A stretch of 64,000 nucleotides of DNA from Alphaproteobacteria bacterium (GTDB lineage Bacteria; Pseudomonadota; Alphaproteobacteria; CALKHQ01), in the NCBI GenBank assembly GCA_965227515.1, contig CBDDFZ010000001.1, forward strand, positions 3,744,001 through 3,808,000, in the 5' to 3' direction. The notes under the pieces were generated by a model. That model made no database searches. It was not told where the DNA came from and saw only the letters and a list, made by a program, of their open reading frames with translations. Below, piece by piece: positions 30,431 to 39,914 of this stretch (positions are counted from its first letter, which is position 1; each line of letters starts with the position of its first letter). Both the position numbers and the translations under genes were made by a program.

Positions 30431-33400
30431 GATCCGGGTTCCCAGGTTACGCCGATGTTCGACACCGAATACGTGCCCTCGCACGTAGGCGCCGGCCCGC
30501 CGAATGCCCAGTCGTCCTGTCCGTCGCCGTGGAAAATTCCGGCTTCACGGAACGGGCACCCGTGGTGGCGTTCGAGAGGTTGCTGGCAAAGGTCGGCCAG
30601 CATGAACGACGAGCTTTCAAACGGGTATTGGCGGACCAGCAGGTTCAGCAGCGGCAGGAAGTCGCCTTCCAGCAGGCTGTTGCCGTTGGCGGCCACCCGG
30701 TTGTCAACGAATGTCGCCGCGTAGACATCTTCCATCCGTACGGCGCCGACATTGCCGCTGATGTGGTTGCCGATCAGCGTCGCGGACGCGTAAGTCCAGA
30801 ACGGGTCCTGTTCGAGGTCGCGCCAAGTGTGATCCAGCAACGGATCGGTATCGATGATGACGCCCTCCTTGTCGTTCTGCGTCATCACGTTGTCGAAGAC
30901 CGCGATATCGATGCTGTTGCGGATACGCAGGCCCGTGAGGCTGTTGTGGGAGAGCTGATTGTTCGCAACGATGGCGCATGCCGTCTCATAGACCGCGATG
31001 CCGTCATTGCCGTTTCCCCAAGCCGTGTTTCCGTAGATGATCGACCGGTTGCTGAGCCGATCGAGCATGATCCCGGCGCCGTGGTTGTCGAAGGATATGT
31101 TGCCGACGAAGAGGCCGGAAACCTCGCGCGAAACGATCAGCCCGTGCTTCTTCAACGTGCCGTACGCTGTATTCAGCGCCATCAGCACCGACTCGCTGTA
31201 GTCGTGCGGGTCAGGGCCGTAGATCACATTGTTCCGGTATTCGTTGCCGACGATATCTATGTCGTGGGTGTTGTAGCTGTAGAAGCCGTAGAACAGCCGG
31301 TCGAACAGGTTCTCGACCAGCACGATCTTCGGGCTCTCCATCACGGTCTCGCCCTCGAAGGTGAAGCCCTGCGGGCCGGACGAGACGCTGACACCCCACG
31401 ACTTGCGGTTGTTGTAGCCGAGCGCGCGGAAGTTGGTGCGGGTCGCGTAGATCTCGCTGCCGCTCCACCCGATGAGGAAGGGGCGGAAATTGAAGTCGTT
31501 CTCGCCGCTGACGAGCTCGCTGGGCGCTGACTCCTCGATACCCCAGGACGTGATGACGGTGTCGGCCACCACCATCCTGCCGCCGACCACCAGGTAGGCG
31601 TATTCATCGGTGGAAAGCCGCAGCTCCTTTGCGTCGGCGCCTGAGATCACCAGGGTCGCGCGCGGCCCGACGACGATTGGGCGATGCAGCGTGAAGACAC
31701 CGCCATCCACGGTCAGATAGTCGGCACGGCCCAGGCCGATCAGCGCCTCGCGCAGCATCGAGATCGTGTAGGTGCCGTGCTCAATATAGATAAGGTGGGG
31801 CAGCATCTCGCCTTGCCGCTGGGCGTAGTCCACCACGCCCACGATCTCGATGTACTTCTCGTTGTACGGGGTGCCGGTGATCGGCAGCCGCACGGTCAGC
31901 CCCTCCTCCGAGCCGGCGACAACGCGCTCGCGCACATCGGCGGGGACCAGGGTCAGCGCATCGGCGACGCGGTGGGAGAGGCCCGACAATTCCGGCCAGT
32001 CCGCCATTCCGGCGTCCGCAACGTCGAACACCGCCATCCCGGCGCGCTCCTGCACGAAGTCGCCGGGCGCCGCGCCATTGCCCGCGGGTGCGGCAATAAC
32101 CTGGGCGGACAGGCCCGCCGGTCGGCTCGCGTAGATCTCGGGCACGAGCTGGTAGGCATCGAGCCGGTGGGCCTGCATCTCCGCGATGATCCGGAATGTG
32201 ACCAGCCGGGCCTCGTAGTCCCGGATGCTGCGCGCCAGCCGGGCGGCGCCGGGCAGATCGTCGCCTTCCGCCATGACCAGGGCGACATCCCCCCGGGCCC
32301 GGTCGCGCAGGCCGTCGTCGTCAATCTCCTCGGTCGCGGCGATGGCCTCGCCATAGTCGCCGCGATCCGCCAGCACCCGGGCAATGGCGGCCTTGACCTG
32401 ATCGACAGCCCCGCCCATCGCCCCGGATCCTTGCAGGCGTGCCGACAACGCTTCGAGCGCCGCCATGTCGCCGCGGTCGACGTGCACGTCGAGGATTGGC
32501 TCGATGGCGAATTGCACCTGATCGGTGGACGCAATATCGATGACGGCGTCGGTCCGCTCTTCCAACAGCTCCTCGAATTCCGCGCCGCCCTGCACACGCC
32601 CGATTTCCATCATGGCGCGGGCCCGCTCTTCCTCGTCGACGATCCGCTCCACGTAGGACGTCGCAGCCGCCACGTCGCCGCTGCGAGCCAGCCCGACGGC
32701 AATCGTGCGCAGGGCCTGATCCAGGTAGGTGCCGGTGAGATCGGGCCTGAGGTCGATCAACGCGCGCGCGTCGTCCAGGCGATCCATTTCCGCCATGCGC
32801 TTGGCGATGGGCCCCAAGGCACGGGTGCGGATCTCCGCATCGATGGCCGGGTCGTCGATCAGCAACGCCCATTCCAGGGCCTGGCTGACGTCGTCCAGTT
32901 CGGCCAGCCGCTTCGCCAAGTCCGCGATGGCGCGAGGACGGCCTTCGGCCTCACTGATCTCGGTCAGAATCTCGGCGGCGCGGTCGGTCTGGTCGAGCTG
33001 GGCGGCGCGCCCGGTCACCAGCATCAGCGCGCTGCCGTCGTCCTCATCGAGCAGGCCGCGCGCGATCGCCTCGGCCCGGTCCAGCGCTTCGATCAATGCT
33101 TCCGGATATTCGGCATCGCGATAGGCGGCGGCAACGTCGAGCCACACATTGATGGTGTTGCGGGTCGGCTCCATCAGGCGGGCCGCGTATTCAGCGTCGG
33201 CCGGCAGGTCGGCGGACAGGGCCCGTTCGGCGGAATATTGGAGCCAGTCACTCCGCAGGGAAGAATCGGCGATGGCGCGCGCCACCAGCCGGGCGGTGGC
33301 ATGGTCGCCCATATCGGTCGAGAGGCGCGACACGGATTCCAGCAGCGGCGTGCGCAGGTCGGTCAGGCTGACCTCAATGGCGGCGGCATATTGGAATGCA

Positions 33401-34182
33401 CGCTCCATGTCCGCCTGCGACAGCGCTTCGGCGGACAGTTCGGCCAGGCGCTCGTTGTCGAATTCGGGGGCTTCGTATGCGCCCACGGCGGGCAACTCCG
33501 GCACCTCGCCCCACCGATGCAATGCCGAGATCGCCCACGCCCGCATGATGGTGGCTTCGTACGCGGGCGCATTGATGCCCTGGAGCAGCGCAAAGACCTC
33601 CTCGGGCGCCAGCATGTCGCTGAGCGCCGCGGCGTCGGCAATCCGTGCGCGAAGGGACGCCCCCTCCTCCGACGGATCGACCAGGACTGCGACGTCGACC
33701 GCCGCGCGAAACAGATCGCCGGCGGCCCAACTGTCGCCCTGGGCATTGAGGCACTGTGCGACGCCTATCAACGCTTCCAGGCGATAGGCCGCCGAGGCGG
33801 TGTCGTCCTGTACCGCACGGTCCGAAACGGCCTGCAGCCAGTCACCGTCCTCCGGCGTCACCAGCGCGGACCGCTCATCCCCCATGTTGCAGGCCGTCGC
33901 GGCAAAGCCGATGGTCCAGCGCAGCACATCGTCGTCGAGGGGAGCGTCGGCGCCGTTGGGCAGCGCGCCCGCGATCAGACCACGATACGCATCGGCACGT
34001 TCCGCATCGGACCCGTCCAGCAGAACGGCCATCGTTTCCGGCGAAACAGGTTCGGCCCCCTGGACGGCCCCGGCCGCGCCAATGGCGGCGGCCAGCATGA
34101 CCGGCAGGGCGAGCCGGTGCGCGGCGCCTCGGCCCGGGCCACGCCGCTCTGCTATTGCGCTCATTGAGTTGCTGAAGGTCAC
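30427..34182 (-). CDS. algG: Mannuronan C5-epimerase AlgG domain fused to ~700-aa N-terminal alpha-helical repeat region
   Basis: C-terminal part has FRPFLIGWSGSE, LGYNNRKSWGVS, FYGFYSY, YGPDPHDYS (DPHD catalytic motif at 31201-31212), KKHGLIVSREV and beta-helix repeats; GTG start with GGAGG RBS; signal peptide. Confidence 0.85.
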   Translation of the reverse strand: MTFSNSMSAIAERRGPGRGAAHRLALPVMLAAAIGAAGAVQGAEPVSPETMAVLLDGSDAERADAYRGLIAGALPNGADAPLDDDVLRWTIGFAATACNMGDERSALVTPEDGDWLQAVSDRAVQDDTASAAYRLEALIGVAQCLNAQGDSWAAGDLFRAAVDVAVLVDPSEEGASLRARIADAAALSDMLAPEEVFALLQGINAPAYEATIMRAWAISALHRWGEVPELPAVGAYEAPEFDNERLAELSAEALSQADMERAFQYAAAIEVSLTDLRTPLLESVSRLSTDMGDHATARLVARAIADSSLRSDWLQYSAERALSADLPADAEYAARLMEPTRNTINVWLDVAAAYRDAEYPEALIEALDRAEAIARGLLDEDDGSALMLVTGRAAQLDQTDRAAEILTEISEAEGRPRAIADLAKRLAELDDVSQALEWALLIDDPAIDAEIRTRALGPIAKRMAEMDRLDDARALIDLRPDLTGTYLDQALRTIAVGLARSGDVAAATSYVERIVDEEERARAMMEIGRVQGGAEFEELLEERTDAVIDIASTDQVQFAIEPILDVHVDRGDMAALEALSARLQGSGAMGGAVDQVKAAIARVLADRGDYGEAIAATEEIDDDGLRDRARGDVALVMAEGDDLPGAARLARSIRDYEARLVTFRIIAEMQAHRLDAYQLVPEIYASRPAGLSAQVIAAPAGNGAAPGDFVQERAGMAVFDVADAGMADWPELSGLSHRVADALTLVPADVRERVVAGSEEGLTVRLPITGTPYNEKYIEIVGVVDYAQRQGEMLPHLIYIEHGTYTISMLREALIGLGRADYLTVDGGVFTLHRPIVVGPRATLVISGADAKELRLSTDEYAYLVVGGRMVVADTVITSWGIEESAPSELVSGENDFNFRPFLIGWSGSEIYATRTNFRALGYNNRKSWGVSVSSGPQGFTFEGETVMESPKIVLVENLFDRLFYGFYSYNTHDIDIVGNEYRNNVIYGPDPHDYSESVLMALNTAYGTLKKHGLIVSREVSGLFVGNISFDNHGAGIMLDRLSNRSIIYGNTAWGNGNDGIAVYETACAIVANNQLSHNSLTGLRIRNSIDIAVFDNVMTQNDKEGVIIDTDPLLDHTWRDLEQDPFWTYASATLIGNHISGNVGAVRMEDVYAATFVDNRVAANGNSLLEGDFLPLLNLLVRQYPFESSSFMLADLCQQPLERHHGCPFREAGIFHGDGQDDWAFGGPAPTCEGTYSVSNIGVTWEPGS

Positions 34183-35360
34183 GAGAAGTTACCTCCGACC
34201 GATGAATGGGATTGCAATATCGCCTCCACGCCCTGGTTCTCGGGCGCAGGGTCCTGGGCCGGTCTCGCAGCCGCCGGTGGCGGCGCTGCCGACCGCCCGT
34301 CGCGCTCTTTCAGCAACGCTTGGACCTGCTTCACGTTCTCCGACTGGTGCCGGTCGCAGATCAGCAGCGCGCCATTGGCTTCGACGACCACGATGTCGCT
34401 GACGCCGACCACGGCCACGGTCATGTCGCTGCGGACAAGATTGTTTCGGGCCTCGACGAACAGGCTGTCCGCCCCGCCATGATTGCCCTCGCCGGACTTT
34501 TCGCTGATCTCCCAGATCGAGCCCCAGGACCCGATGTCGGACCAATCGGCCGAGAGCGGCACCACCACCGCGTTGCGCGTCGGCTCCATCACCGCATAGT
34601 CGATGGAGATGGCCGGGCACTCCTCGAACCTGGCCGACGGGTAGAACCTGCCGGAGTGATAGCGGCCGGTCTTGAAGCTTCGATGCGTGTTGTCGAACAC
34701 GTCCTCGGCGTACTGGCCGAGCTCGTTCAGATAGGTATCGGCGGCAAACAGGAACATGCCGCTGTTCCAGTAGTACTGACCGGACTCCACATAGGCCGTC
34801 GCGTTCTCCAGCGCGGGCTTCTCGCGGAAGCCCGCCACCCGATACATCTTGGAGTAGCCGTCAACCTGCACGCCGCGGCGAATGTAGCCGTAGCCCGTGT
34901 GCGGCGTGGTCGGCTCTATACCGAACGTCACCAGGCTGCCTTCGGCGGCCGCGTGCGCCGCATCGCGCACCGCGATGATCAGCGGCTCCAGCTCGCCGAT
35001 ATGATGGTCGGACGGCAACACCCACATCAGGCTGTTGCCCCGGTCCCGCCGCAGCCAGCGCGCGGCAAGTGCGATGCCGGGAGCGGTATTGCGGCCTGTG
35101 GGCTCCGCGATGATGCAAGCCGGCTCGATGTTGACTTCCGCCAGCTGTTCGGCGACCCGCGCCACATGTTCGGCATTGGTGACCAGTACCGGCGCGCTGC
35201 CGGTCACCGCCATCGCGCGCAGCACCGTCATCTGAAGCAGCGAGTGCTTGCTGTGCAGCCGGTGAAACTGCTTGGGCATGGCGTCGGTGGACAGGGGCCA
35301 CAGGCGCTTGCCTCCCCCCCCGCATAGGATCACCGGACAGATATTGTTCAATGGCAGCAT
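34179..35360 (-). CDS. Mannose-1-phosphate guanylyltransferase (AlgA/ManC GMP domain only)
   Basis: ILCGGGGKRLWPLS..MPKQF, EPTGRNTAP, PSDH, TGYGYI, WNSGMF, ISIDYAVME, WSDIGSW; ends without the C-terminal RPWG PMI cupin; alternative start 35414. Confidence 0.9.
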   Translation of the reverse strand: MLPLNNICPVILCGGGGKRLWPLSTDAMPKQFHRLHSKHSLLQMTVLRAMAVTGSAPVLVTNAEHVARVAEQLAEVNIEPACIIAEPTGRNTAPGIALAARWLRRDRGNSLMWVLPSDHHIGELEPLIIAVRDAAHAAAEGSLVTFGIEPTTPHTGYGYIRRGVQVDGYSKMYRVAGFREKPALENATAYVESGQYYWNSGMFLFAADTYLNELGQYAEDVFDNTHRSFKTGRYHSGRFYPSARFEECPAISIDYAVMEPTRNAVVVPLSADWSDIGSWGSIWEISEKSGEGNHGGADSLFVEARNNLVRSDMTVAVVGVSDIVVVEANGALLICDRHQSENVKQVQALLKERDGRSAAPPPAAARPAQDPAPENQGVEAILQSHSSVGGNFS

Positions 35361-35433
35361 CAGGTTTCTCGCAAGTGCTCGGTCATAGGTACTGTCGGGC
35401 AAGCGCGCCGGCACGTCGCCGGCACGGCATCCG

Positions 35434-36552
35434 CTATGACTGGTCCCCGCCGGCGAAGATCTGGCCGAGCCAACTCTCGCCGAACGTATCGATGGTTATG
35501 GCGACCGGCCGGCCGATCCATTCCAGCGGAATGTCCTCGGCGGTGCGCACTGTCACCTCGGCCGACACCACGGCCTTCGGGTCCAGGATCGGCTGGCCGA
35601 TTTCGGAAAGCTGGCGACGCATGTCGACCTTGGCGACCAAGCCCCACATGTTCTGGCCCGTGGCCGGGAATGTGAGCAGCACCTCCATCCCCTCCTGCAG
35701 TCGCAGCGCGCTGTCGTAGGGCACCAGGGCCGAGACCCGGGTTGCGGCGTCCAGCGGCGCCAGCAGGAACAGATTGGCGTCCACCCCGACCTGGCTGTCA
35801 TCGGTGACAAGCACATCGACGATACGGCAGGCGCAGGGGCTTTCCACGAAGTATGCCGAACCGCCCGGGGTGGTGACGGTGGCCAGCAGGTCGCCCGGCG
35901 CGACCGTTTCCTCGCCGGCGGCCTGGCTGAAGACCACGCGCCCGCCTTGGGGAGCCGCGATCTGAATGAGGTCGGACGTCACCACCGCGCTGTGCGCGGA
36001 GATGAGAAACGAGCGTTCGTAGATGCTCATCGCCACCAGCGCCAGGATGGCCAGCGCCGCGACCGAGAGCACCACCGGCATCAGGCGGCGGCTGCGCTTC
36101 TGGCGCGCGCTTTCCCGGGCGGTGGGTGCCGGCACGTCGAGCTTGGCCCCGGAATCCGCCCTCTGCATGAGGTTGAGCACGTCGTTGACGTGAACGATCT
36201 CGCCAGCCACGTGGGCGCGGACCATGTACTGCAGGATTGAGGCCTGGCTGGCCGACTGGTCCACCAGCCGGCATCCCATGCGGCCGGTCTCGGGCGACCG
36301 GTAGCAGACCTCGAACCTGACCTTGACGTCCATGTCGAAGTCGTCGAAAGGCAGGATCAGCCGGCCCGAATAACTGTTGCCGACCGACAGTGTCAGGCTC
36401 TCGGCCTGCACCGCGAAACCGCCGACAGACCAGTCGAGGATGTGATACCTCTGGCCGCCGATATCTATCGAGAGCGGAATCTGCAGCCGCGCGAACTGAC
36501 GCTGGCGCTCAGACTCATGAACAATGGCGGGTGTTTTCGTTACAGCATTCAC
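35434..36552 (-). CDS. alg44: Alginate co-polymerase Alg44 (PilZ c-di-GMP domain + TM + membrane-fusion-like domain)
   Basis: VHESERQRQFARLQIP (RxxxR), DWSVGG (DxSxxG), single TM LMPVVLSVAALAILALVAMSIY, periplasmic SPCAC. Confidence 0.88.
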   Translation of the reverse strand: MNAVTKTPAIVHESERQRQFARLQIPLSIDIGGQRYHILDWSVGGFAVQAESLTLSVGNSYSGRLILPFDDFDMDVKVRFEVCYRSPETGRMGCRLVDQSASQASILQYMVRAHVAGEIVHVNDVLNLMQRADSGAKLDVPAPTARESARQKRSRRLMPVVLSVAALAILALVAMSIYERSFLISAHSAVVTSDLIQIAAPQGGRVVFSQAAGEETVAPGDLLATVTTPGGSAYFVESPCACRIVDVLVTDDSQVGVDANLFLLAPLDAATRVSALVPYDSALRLQEGMEVLLTFPATGQNMWGLVAKVDMRRQLSEIGQPILDPKAVVSAEVTVRTAEDIPLEWIGRPVAITIDTFGESWLGQIFAGGDQS

Positions 36553-36555
36553 GAT

Positions 36556-38085
36556 TCATGATCCCAGCTTGGCGGTCCAGAACCCGAGATCGGGCAGTTC
36601 CAGGACGTTGATGAAAATTGCGACGGCGATGATGAGGCAGGCGAACGACATGGCCTGCAGGGCGACGGCCGACTGGCGCAGCCGACGTTCCCGGCTGCTC
36701 GACAGGCCTCGATTGAGCGTCGTTTTCTGTCGGGTCCATTTCTGGCGATCGAGCTGGAAGATGACGCTCGACTTCACGAGAGAGCCGACGATCTGGTTGT
36801 AGTAGAGGAGGAAGGGATAGGTGGCCGATACGTGCCGGCGCGCCGTCAGCAAGCTGAGGGTGAGCACGTATCGGGTCAGCCCGATCCAGCAGAGGTAATA
36901 GATCCAGGCGTACGGTGTGATGAACAACGTGGCCAGGATCGCGCCGATTGGCCCGACCATGGTGGTCCAGATCGACACGCGCTGGTCGACGATGCACCAC
37001 CAGGTGAACAGCCCCATCCGCCGCGGGCCCAGCGCAATGGCGCGCGCGTTGGTGCGCAGCATGTTGCCGAACCAGCGCCGCATCAGCATGACCGAAGCCT
37101 TGGTGAACTTCGGGTGCGGCGGCGATTCCACCGTCAGCACCTGGGCGTCCGGGATGTAGAGCATCTCGTAGCCGTTCTTCAGCATCCAGTACCACGACGA
37201 TTTGTCGTCGCCGGTCAGGAACCGGAAGCGCCCCAGGCGCCAGTGATCGATCCAGTCCAGCTCGACCTGGGAGATGAACGACGGATCGGTCAGCAGCTCG
37301 CCGCGGAACATCGACATGCGGCCGGTCAGCGTGAGCACGCGCCTGGAGAGCCCCACCGACGACATGGCGATGTGGCGCTGCGCGAACCGCATCGAGTACC
37401 AGTTGCGGAATATTCCAGCGCCCTCGACCGAGCAGAACTCGTCGGTCGTCAACGCGCCGACGTTCTTCCGCAACCGGAAGAACGGCACGCACTTCGACAG
37501 CAGACCGGGCATCAGCAGGCTGTCGCCATCGATGACGGCTGCAATGAAGCCGGCCGGCGGATTGTCGCGCGAGATCGCGCGGAAGGCGCAGGCCAGGCCG
37601 TCGCGCTTGCCTGAGCCCTTGATGCGAACCACCATCAGCTTGACGTGCTCCGGTGGATTGCAGGACTGGAAGAGCTGCTTGATGACGCGCTCGTCAGACA
37701 TTTCGACGATGGAGGCGACGATCGTGGTCGGCGCCCCGTATCGCGCGGCCTCCTCGATCACCGAGCGGTAGACGGCCAGCGTCGTGTCGGTGGAGATCCT
37801 GAAGCTGGTGACCAGTAGGTAGAGATGACTGGGCCGGGCGGCATCCCCCAACGCGTCGGCCTGGCGGCGCCAGCGCGGGAACACCACAAGCCGGTAGATC
37901 AGCGAGCGCACGAAGTGCACGCCGCCCCAGCCATAGCGCCAAACGCCGATGGCCCCGATGATGAACAGAAACTGCGCGGCATCGGGGTCCAGCAGCACTG
38001 GCGGAAGCTGCAGAATCGCAAGCGCCAGGACTGCCACGTAGAGAACGTGGCCCAGCAATGACGGTCGGCTACCTGCCTGTTCCAT
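36556..38085 (-). CDS. alg8: Mannuronan synthase Alg8 (GT2)
   Basis: LLVTSFRI, GKRDGLA, VIDGDS, LTTDEFC, LTLTGRMSMFR, FLTGDDKSSW, LMRRWFGN (LxxRW); N- and C-terminal TMs. Confidence 0.92.
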   Translation of the reverse strand: MEQAGSRPSLLGHVLYVAVLALAILQLPPVLLDPDAAQFLFIIGAIGVWRYGWGGVHFVRSLIYRLVVFPRWRRQADALGDAARPSHLYLLVTSFRISTDTTLAVYRSVIEEAARYGAPTTIVASIVEMSDERVIKQLFQSCNPPEHVKLMVVRIKGSGKRDGLACAFRAISRDNPPAGFIAAVIDGDSLLMPGLLSKCVPFFRLRKNVGALTTDEFCSVEGAGIFRNWYSMRFAQRHIAMSSVGLSRRVLTLTGRMSMFRGELLTDPSFISQVELDWIDHWRLGRFRFLTGDDKSSWYWMLKNGYEMLYIPDAQVLTVESPPHPKFTKASVMLMRRWFGNMLRTNARAIALGPRRMGLFTWWCIVDQRVSIWTTMVGPIGAILATLFITPYAWIYYLCWIGLTRYVLTLSLLTARRHVSATYPFLLYYNQIVGSLVKSSVIFQLDRQKWTRQKTTLNRGLSSSRERRLRQSAVALQAMSFACLIIAVAIFINVLELPDLGFWTAKLGS

Positions 38086-38130
38086 GTTTCGCCTCGCCCT
38101 GATGCGAACCTTCCTCGTCGCCTCGTCGCC

Positions 38131-39414
38131 CTACCAGCAAATCCCCTGGTAACGGTCGGAGCTCATCATCTGCGGGTCGATCCGCACCAGGTCGACCAAG
38201 TCGACGTTCTCCTCGGTGCGCGACAGCGCCGAGCGGAACGCCGGGGCGCCGTTGCCGATGATGATCAGTTCGGCGTGGTCGTAGATGTCCTCGATCTGAT
38301 CGGCCATGTAGCCGGCCAGCCCGTTCAAGCGCGTCTTGTCGGTCGAGTAGTACTCGTCGTAGATCTTGAGGTGGTAGCCGAGGCCGATCAGACGCTCCGC
38401 CAGTGTGACCAGCGGGCTTTCGCGAAGGTCGTCGGTGCCCGACTTGAAGGTCAGGCCCAGAAGGCCGACCCGATTGCGGCCGGAATCCTTGACCAGGTCG
38501 ACCGCGCGCTCGATCTGATGATCGTTCGCGCTCAAGAGCGCGTCGAAGACCGGGGTCTGCACGCCGTTGCGCCGCCCGAGCGCCACCAGAGCCCGCAGAT
38601 CCTTGGGCAGGCACGATCCGCCAAAGGCGAAACCGGGCTTCAGATACGCCGGCGAGATGTTCAGCCGATCGTCCTTGCACAGGATGTCCATGACCTGGTG
38701 GCTGTCGATGCCGACCGATCGACAGAGGTTCCCCATCTCGTTGGCGAACGTCACCTTGGTCGCATGCCAGGCATTGTTGGCGTACTTGACCGCCTCCGCG
38801 GTCTGGATGTCGGTCGTGACCTCCAGTGCCGAGAGTCGGCTGTTCAGCTCGTGCAGACGGTTGCGGGTGATCGCATCGCGCACTCCAAACAACGAGATCG
38901 CGGGATCGTAGAAATCCTTGATCGCCGTGCTCTCGCGGAGGAATTCGGGATAAAGCGCGATGCCAAACCCCTCGCCCGCAACCATGCCGGCTTCCTGCTC
39001 CAGCGCCGGGATGATCGTGCCGGCCATCGACCCCGGCAGCATCGTGCTACGGATCACGACCGAGTAGAACCGATTGAGCCCCTTCACCGCCGCGCCGATC
39101 TGGCGGGCGACCGTAGCGACATACTTCAGATCTACGTCGCCCTGCCCATCGCTGGGTGTGCCGACGCAGACAAAACACAGCTCAGTTGCCTTGATCGCCT
39201 CATCCGACGACATCGTTGCCGAAAGACGGCCGGCACGCACATTGTCGGCGACCAGTTCATCAAGACCGGCTTCGCCAATGGGTGCCCACCCGTCGTTGAT
39301 CGCATCGACCTTTCGCGAGTCGATGTCGACGAGCACCACCGTGTGGCCCTGATCGGCCAGGCAGGCCGCGCTGACCGTTCCCACATAACCGGCACCGAAT
39401 ATGGCTACCTGCAT
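38131..39414 (-). CDS. algD: GDP-mannose 6-dehydrogenase AlgD
   Basis: IFGAGYVG, CVGTPS, PEFLRESTAIKD, NAWHATKVTFANE, PGFAFGGSCLPKD, TDDLRESP, C-terminal QGICW typical of AlgD. Confidence 0.92.
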   Translation of the reverse strand: MQVAIFGAGYVGTVSAACLADQGHTVVLVDIDSRKVDAINDGWAPIGEAGLDELVADNVRAGRLSATMSSDEAIKATELCFVCVGTPSDGQGDVDLKYVATVARQIGAAVKGLNRFYSVVIRSTMLPGSMAGTIIPALEQEAGMVAGEGFGIALYPEFLRESTAIKDFYDPAISLFGVRDAITRNRLHELNSRLSALEVTTDIQTAEAVKYANNAWHATKVTFANEMGNLCRSVGIDSHQVMDILCKDDRLNISPAYLKPGFAFGGSCLPKDLRALVALGRRNGVQTPVFDALLSANDHQIERAVDLVKDSGRNRVGLLGLTFKSGTDDLRESPLVTLAERLIGLGYHLKIYDEYYSTDKTRLNGLAGYMADQIEDIYDHAELIIIGNGAPAFRSALSRTEENVDLVDLVRIDPQMMSSDRYQGICW

Positions 39415-39686
39415 ATTATCCCCCTTGAAGGATTCGTGACGTTCGGTTTGTCGACCCGGTGCGGCTGCCGAGCGCCGCTACGACGCTCTCCGACCAGATC
39501 GCTTCTGCCTGCAAAGCCAGTTCGGGCTTTCCGTTAAGCTGTTGGCCCGGCGGTTCCGTTTGCCCCGCTGCGCACCGACATCACACGCATTACGATAGTT
39601 TCATATCGAGCGGCCGGCGTGCCTGCACAGCGCTGGAATCTACTCTCACGGCCGTTGTGGAAGCCTGAGACTGGCGTATTTGTTCG

Positions 39687-39914
39687 CACGTGCACAAAAA
39701 AGCGGCGACACGTGCACGGGCCTGAACACCAGAGAAACAGAGGGTTTGAGTGCCTCCTGGCGTGTTAAGGAAAGGACATATTGCAAATTTTTTAACTTGA
39801 TCGGCGATCACACCGATTTGATCAACTTGATAACATAGGTTTATTTGGCTTTGACAAAGAGGCCCATCGCCCCACATACAAACATATGTTTGAGTAGTGT
39901 TACTCAGTTGAGTA
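39687..39914. promoter_or_regulatory. Divergent algD / regulator control region with repeats and palindromes
   Basis: CACGTGCAC direct repeats (39687, 39709); TTGACA at 39851; perfect palindrome CAAACATATGTTTG (39879-39892); TGAGTA-N4-TACTCA-N2-TGAGTA (39891-39914); AT-rich. Confidence 0.5.

Noticed and set aside
26910-34167. Long plus-strand ORFs (806 aa at 26910-29330, 379 aa, 827 aa at 31684-34167) antisense to alg genes
   Set aside because: Shadow ORFs typical of high-GC DNA; no motifs, while the opposite strand encodes clear proteins
39415-39700. AlgU/ECF (GAACTT-N16/17-TCT) or EcfG (GGAAC-N16/17-CGTT) promoter for algD
   Set aside because: GGAAC and GAACTG occur on the minus strand, but no correctly spaced -10 element follows
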